NCBI RefSeq assembly: GCF_006345805.1
Contig: NW_021836649.1
Span: 1-23,331, forward strand
DNA length: 23,331 bases
Source of the DNA: Octopus sinensis
Lineage: Eukaryota
Direction: 5' to 3'
Shown: in pieces, positions 21,802 to 23,331 of the stretch
Position numbering within the stretch: position 1 is the stretch's first letter
How the letters are laid out: every line of letters starts with the position of its first letter
The notes under the pieces: generated by a model
What the model saw: only the letters and a program-made list of their open reading frames with translations
Told to the model about the DNA's origin: nothing
Database searches by the model: none
Position numbers and translations under genes: made by a program

Positions 21802-22189
21802 CGCGTGTCTGCCAAGTTTGTGCCAAAACTGCTTTCAGCTGACCAAAAAGACACTCGGGTTTCAGTTGCACAAGATCACCTTGATTGTATTAAGAACGAT
21901 GAAGACTGAAAACTTTGCGCAGGCCTCTGAGCAGGTATCGCCAAGCTTTTGGCAAAATTTGATGCAGATTCTCTGCTTAACTTTCTCTGTCATAGTCAAT
22001 GCAACGATCACAGGCTACACTCCTTCCTTCCAAGCACTGCTATAAATAGCAGAAGTGAGCTAGAGCGCTAAAAGTTAGTGCGCATGCACAGCATAGTTCA
22101 AGGTCAATCTGTGCCAAGCGGCTTCACTCTGCGTGTTTTAGCTTTGTTACTATGGCAACAGTCTGGATACCTATTGATCAGACCACGTA
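21802..22189. mobile_element. Rearranged mariner (Tc1/mariner) remnant
   Basis: Minus strand: TA + CGTGGTCTGATCAATAGGTATCC (TIR-like, ends 22187), then MTEKVKQRICIKFCQKLGDTCSEA from ATG at 21993. Plus strand 21802-21903: RVSAKFVPKLLSADQKDTRVSVAQDHLDCIKNDE. Confidence 0.85.
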
Positions 22190-22689
22190 TATATGTATGT
22201 ATGTCTGTGTGCGTACGTGCGTGTGTGTTTATGTGTGTGTGTTTGTGTGTGTGTGTGTGAGTGAGTGTATGTGTTATACACATACACTCAAATGGTAGAA
22301 AAGGAGGCTAGTATTGTTGTTTGCTTGCATTATTTCGAGTTGGTGTCATGTATATTAGGCGGAATTCTGTTTTTTCTTTTTTTTAAATGGTTTAATGTAA
22401 TATCATTTTTCATCGGCCAATTCAGTACTTGTTCTCTCCCCAGTTCTTGATTGCGTAATTTTATCCTATTTTTACCAAAGTCTTGTCCTCTTCTGCTATA
22501 TTTGTTTCCTTGTTTATCATTTCTTATTTGCCGGTTCAGTAGCTTCCCTGCATCTGCTTGTTGATTATCTCATTCATTTCTTGTTTCGTTAAAATTGTCA
22601 CTCTATCTACTTCATAAAATGTTACTTTATCTGTGAAATTGCTAAAGATATCTTTAAATATTGTGGGAATAAGGCGGATGCCTTTTGTA

Positions 22690-23320
22690 TTTAATATCTC
22701 TAGTTTTTTTCTTTTGTATAATTTGTTTATAATTTTAGTTTGCTGTTCTCTTGCTAGTGGCATTGTTGTGCTATTTTCCACCGCCTTTGCATCACATATA
22801 TTTATTTACCTTGTCTGTAGTTTGAACCTTCTTGAAAATTGAATATATTCTGGATATATTTTATCTTTACTTGGTTTCGTCTCCCTTATTTCTGAAACGC
22901 GTTTGGTCGAGACGCTGCGTTCATTCTGTGAATTTTTAAACGAGAGAAAACGTTGAGTGCATTTCGCCCTTAACCTGCCGCTTGTTCTTCCGACGAAGTT
23001 TTACTTACATTTTGCTCCTCTTGCAGTAATGTTGCCTTACAGATTGCATGTTCATGGGTAGTTTCTAATTAAAGATAATAGCTTTAAAGATCATAGTTTT
23101 AATCTTTTAGAGCCGCATCCATACTTTTATGTGCATTTCTAGATAAATAATTATTTATAGCTTGGGTAGAGTATATTTGGCTTCTTGTGCAGCTGTGACT
23201 AACTTTTTGTTGTTTCTATTGAAGGGATTTCAGAATTTACTGTTGGTTGGGTAGTATTTGCTGATTAGCATTATAAGGATATTTCGCGATAGTTTTTCTC
23301 TAGGTTTAGTCTGAAGTGCA
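22690..23320 (-). mobile_element. Decayed Penelope-like retroelement, GIY-YIG region
   Basis: Minus strand: LISKYYPTNSKF*NPFNRNN.. SHSCTRS (23180-23260), AICKATL (23027-23048), FVGRTSGRLRAKCTQRFLSFKNSQNERSVSTKRVSEIRE (22880-22998), ICDAK. This follows the FNRNN.K.SYSC / IYKA / YVG.T...R / C..C motif order of PLE endonucleases. Confidence 0.6.
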
Positions 23321-23331
23321 TGTTTTTTTAA

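Noticed and set aside
22536-22781. 81-aa minus-strand ORF as an independent gene
   Set aside because: It overlaps the tail of the decayed Penelope-like region and is AT-rich with no gene features.

Overview
A eukaryotic, AT-rich, microsatellite-dense window with no host-gene exon I can support. The SINE families and repeat style look like an Octopus genome (recognised from memory, no search run). It contains a 5'-truncated CR1-group LINE (348-1856, minus) bounded by a 16-bp target-site duplication, and a 5'-truncated R4/Dong-type restriction-endonuclease LINE (15595-17031, minus) sitting in a (TAA)n tract. There are also decayed Penelope-like GIY-YIG remnants, a rearranged mariner fragment, a TA-flanked MITE carrying a nested SINE, and about ten tRNA-derived SINE copies or fragments. 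Two themes stand out. First, six minimal type-I hammerhead-ribozyme-like motifs in four different repeat contexts, including a pair in the arms of a 700-bp foldback with a compensatory stem II change. Second, several long inverted repeats able to form dsRNA or cruciforms. Almost all ORFs in the supplied track are microsatellite or antisense artefacts.
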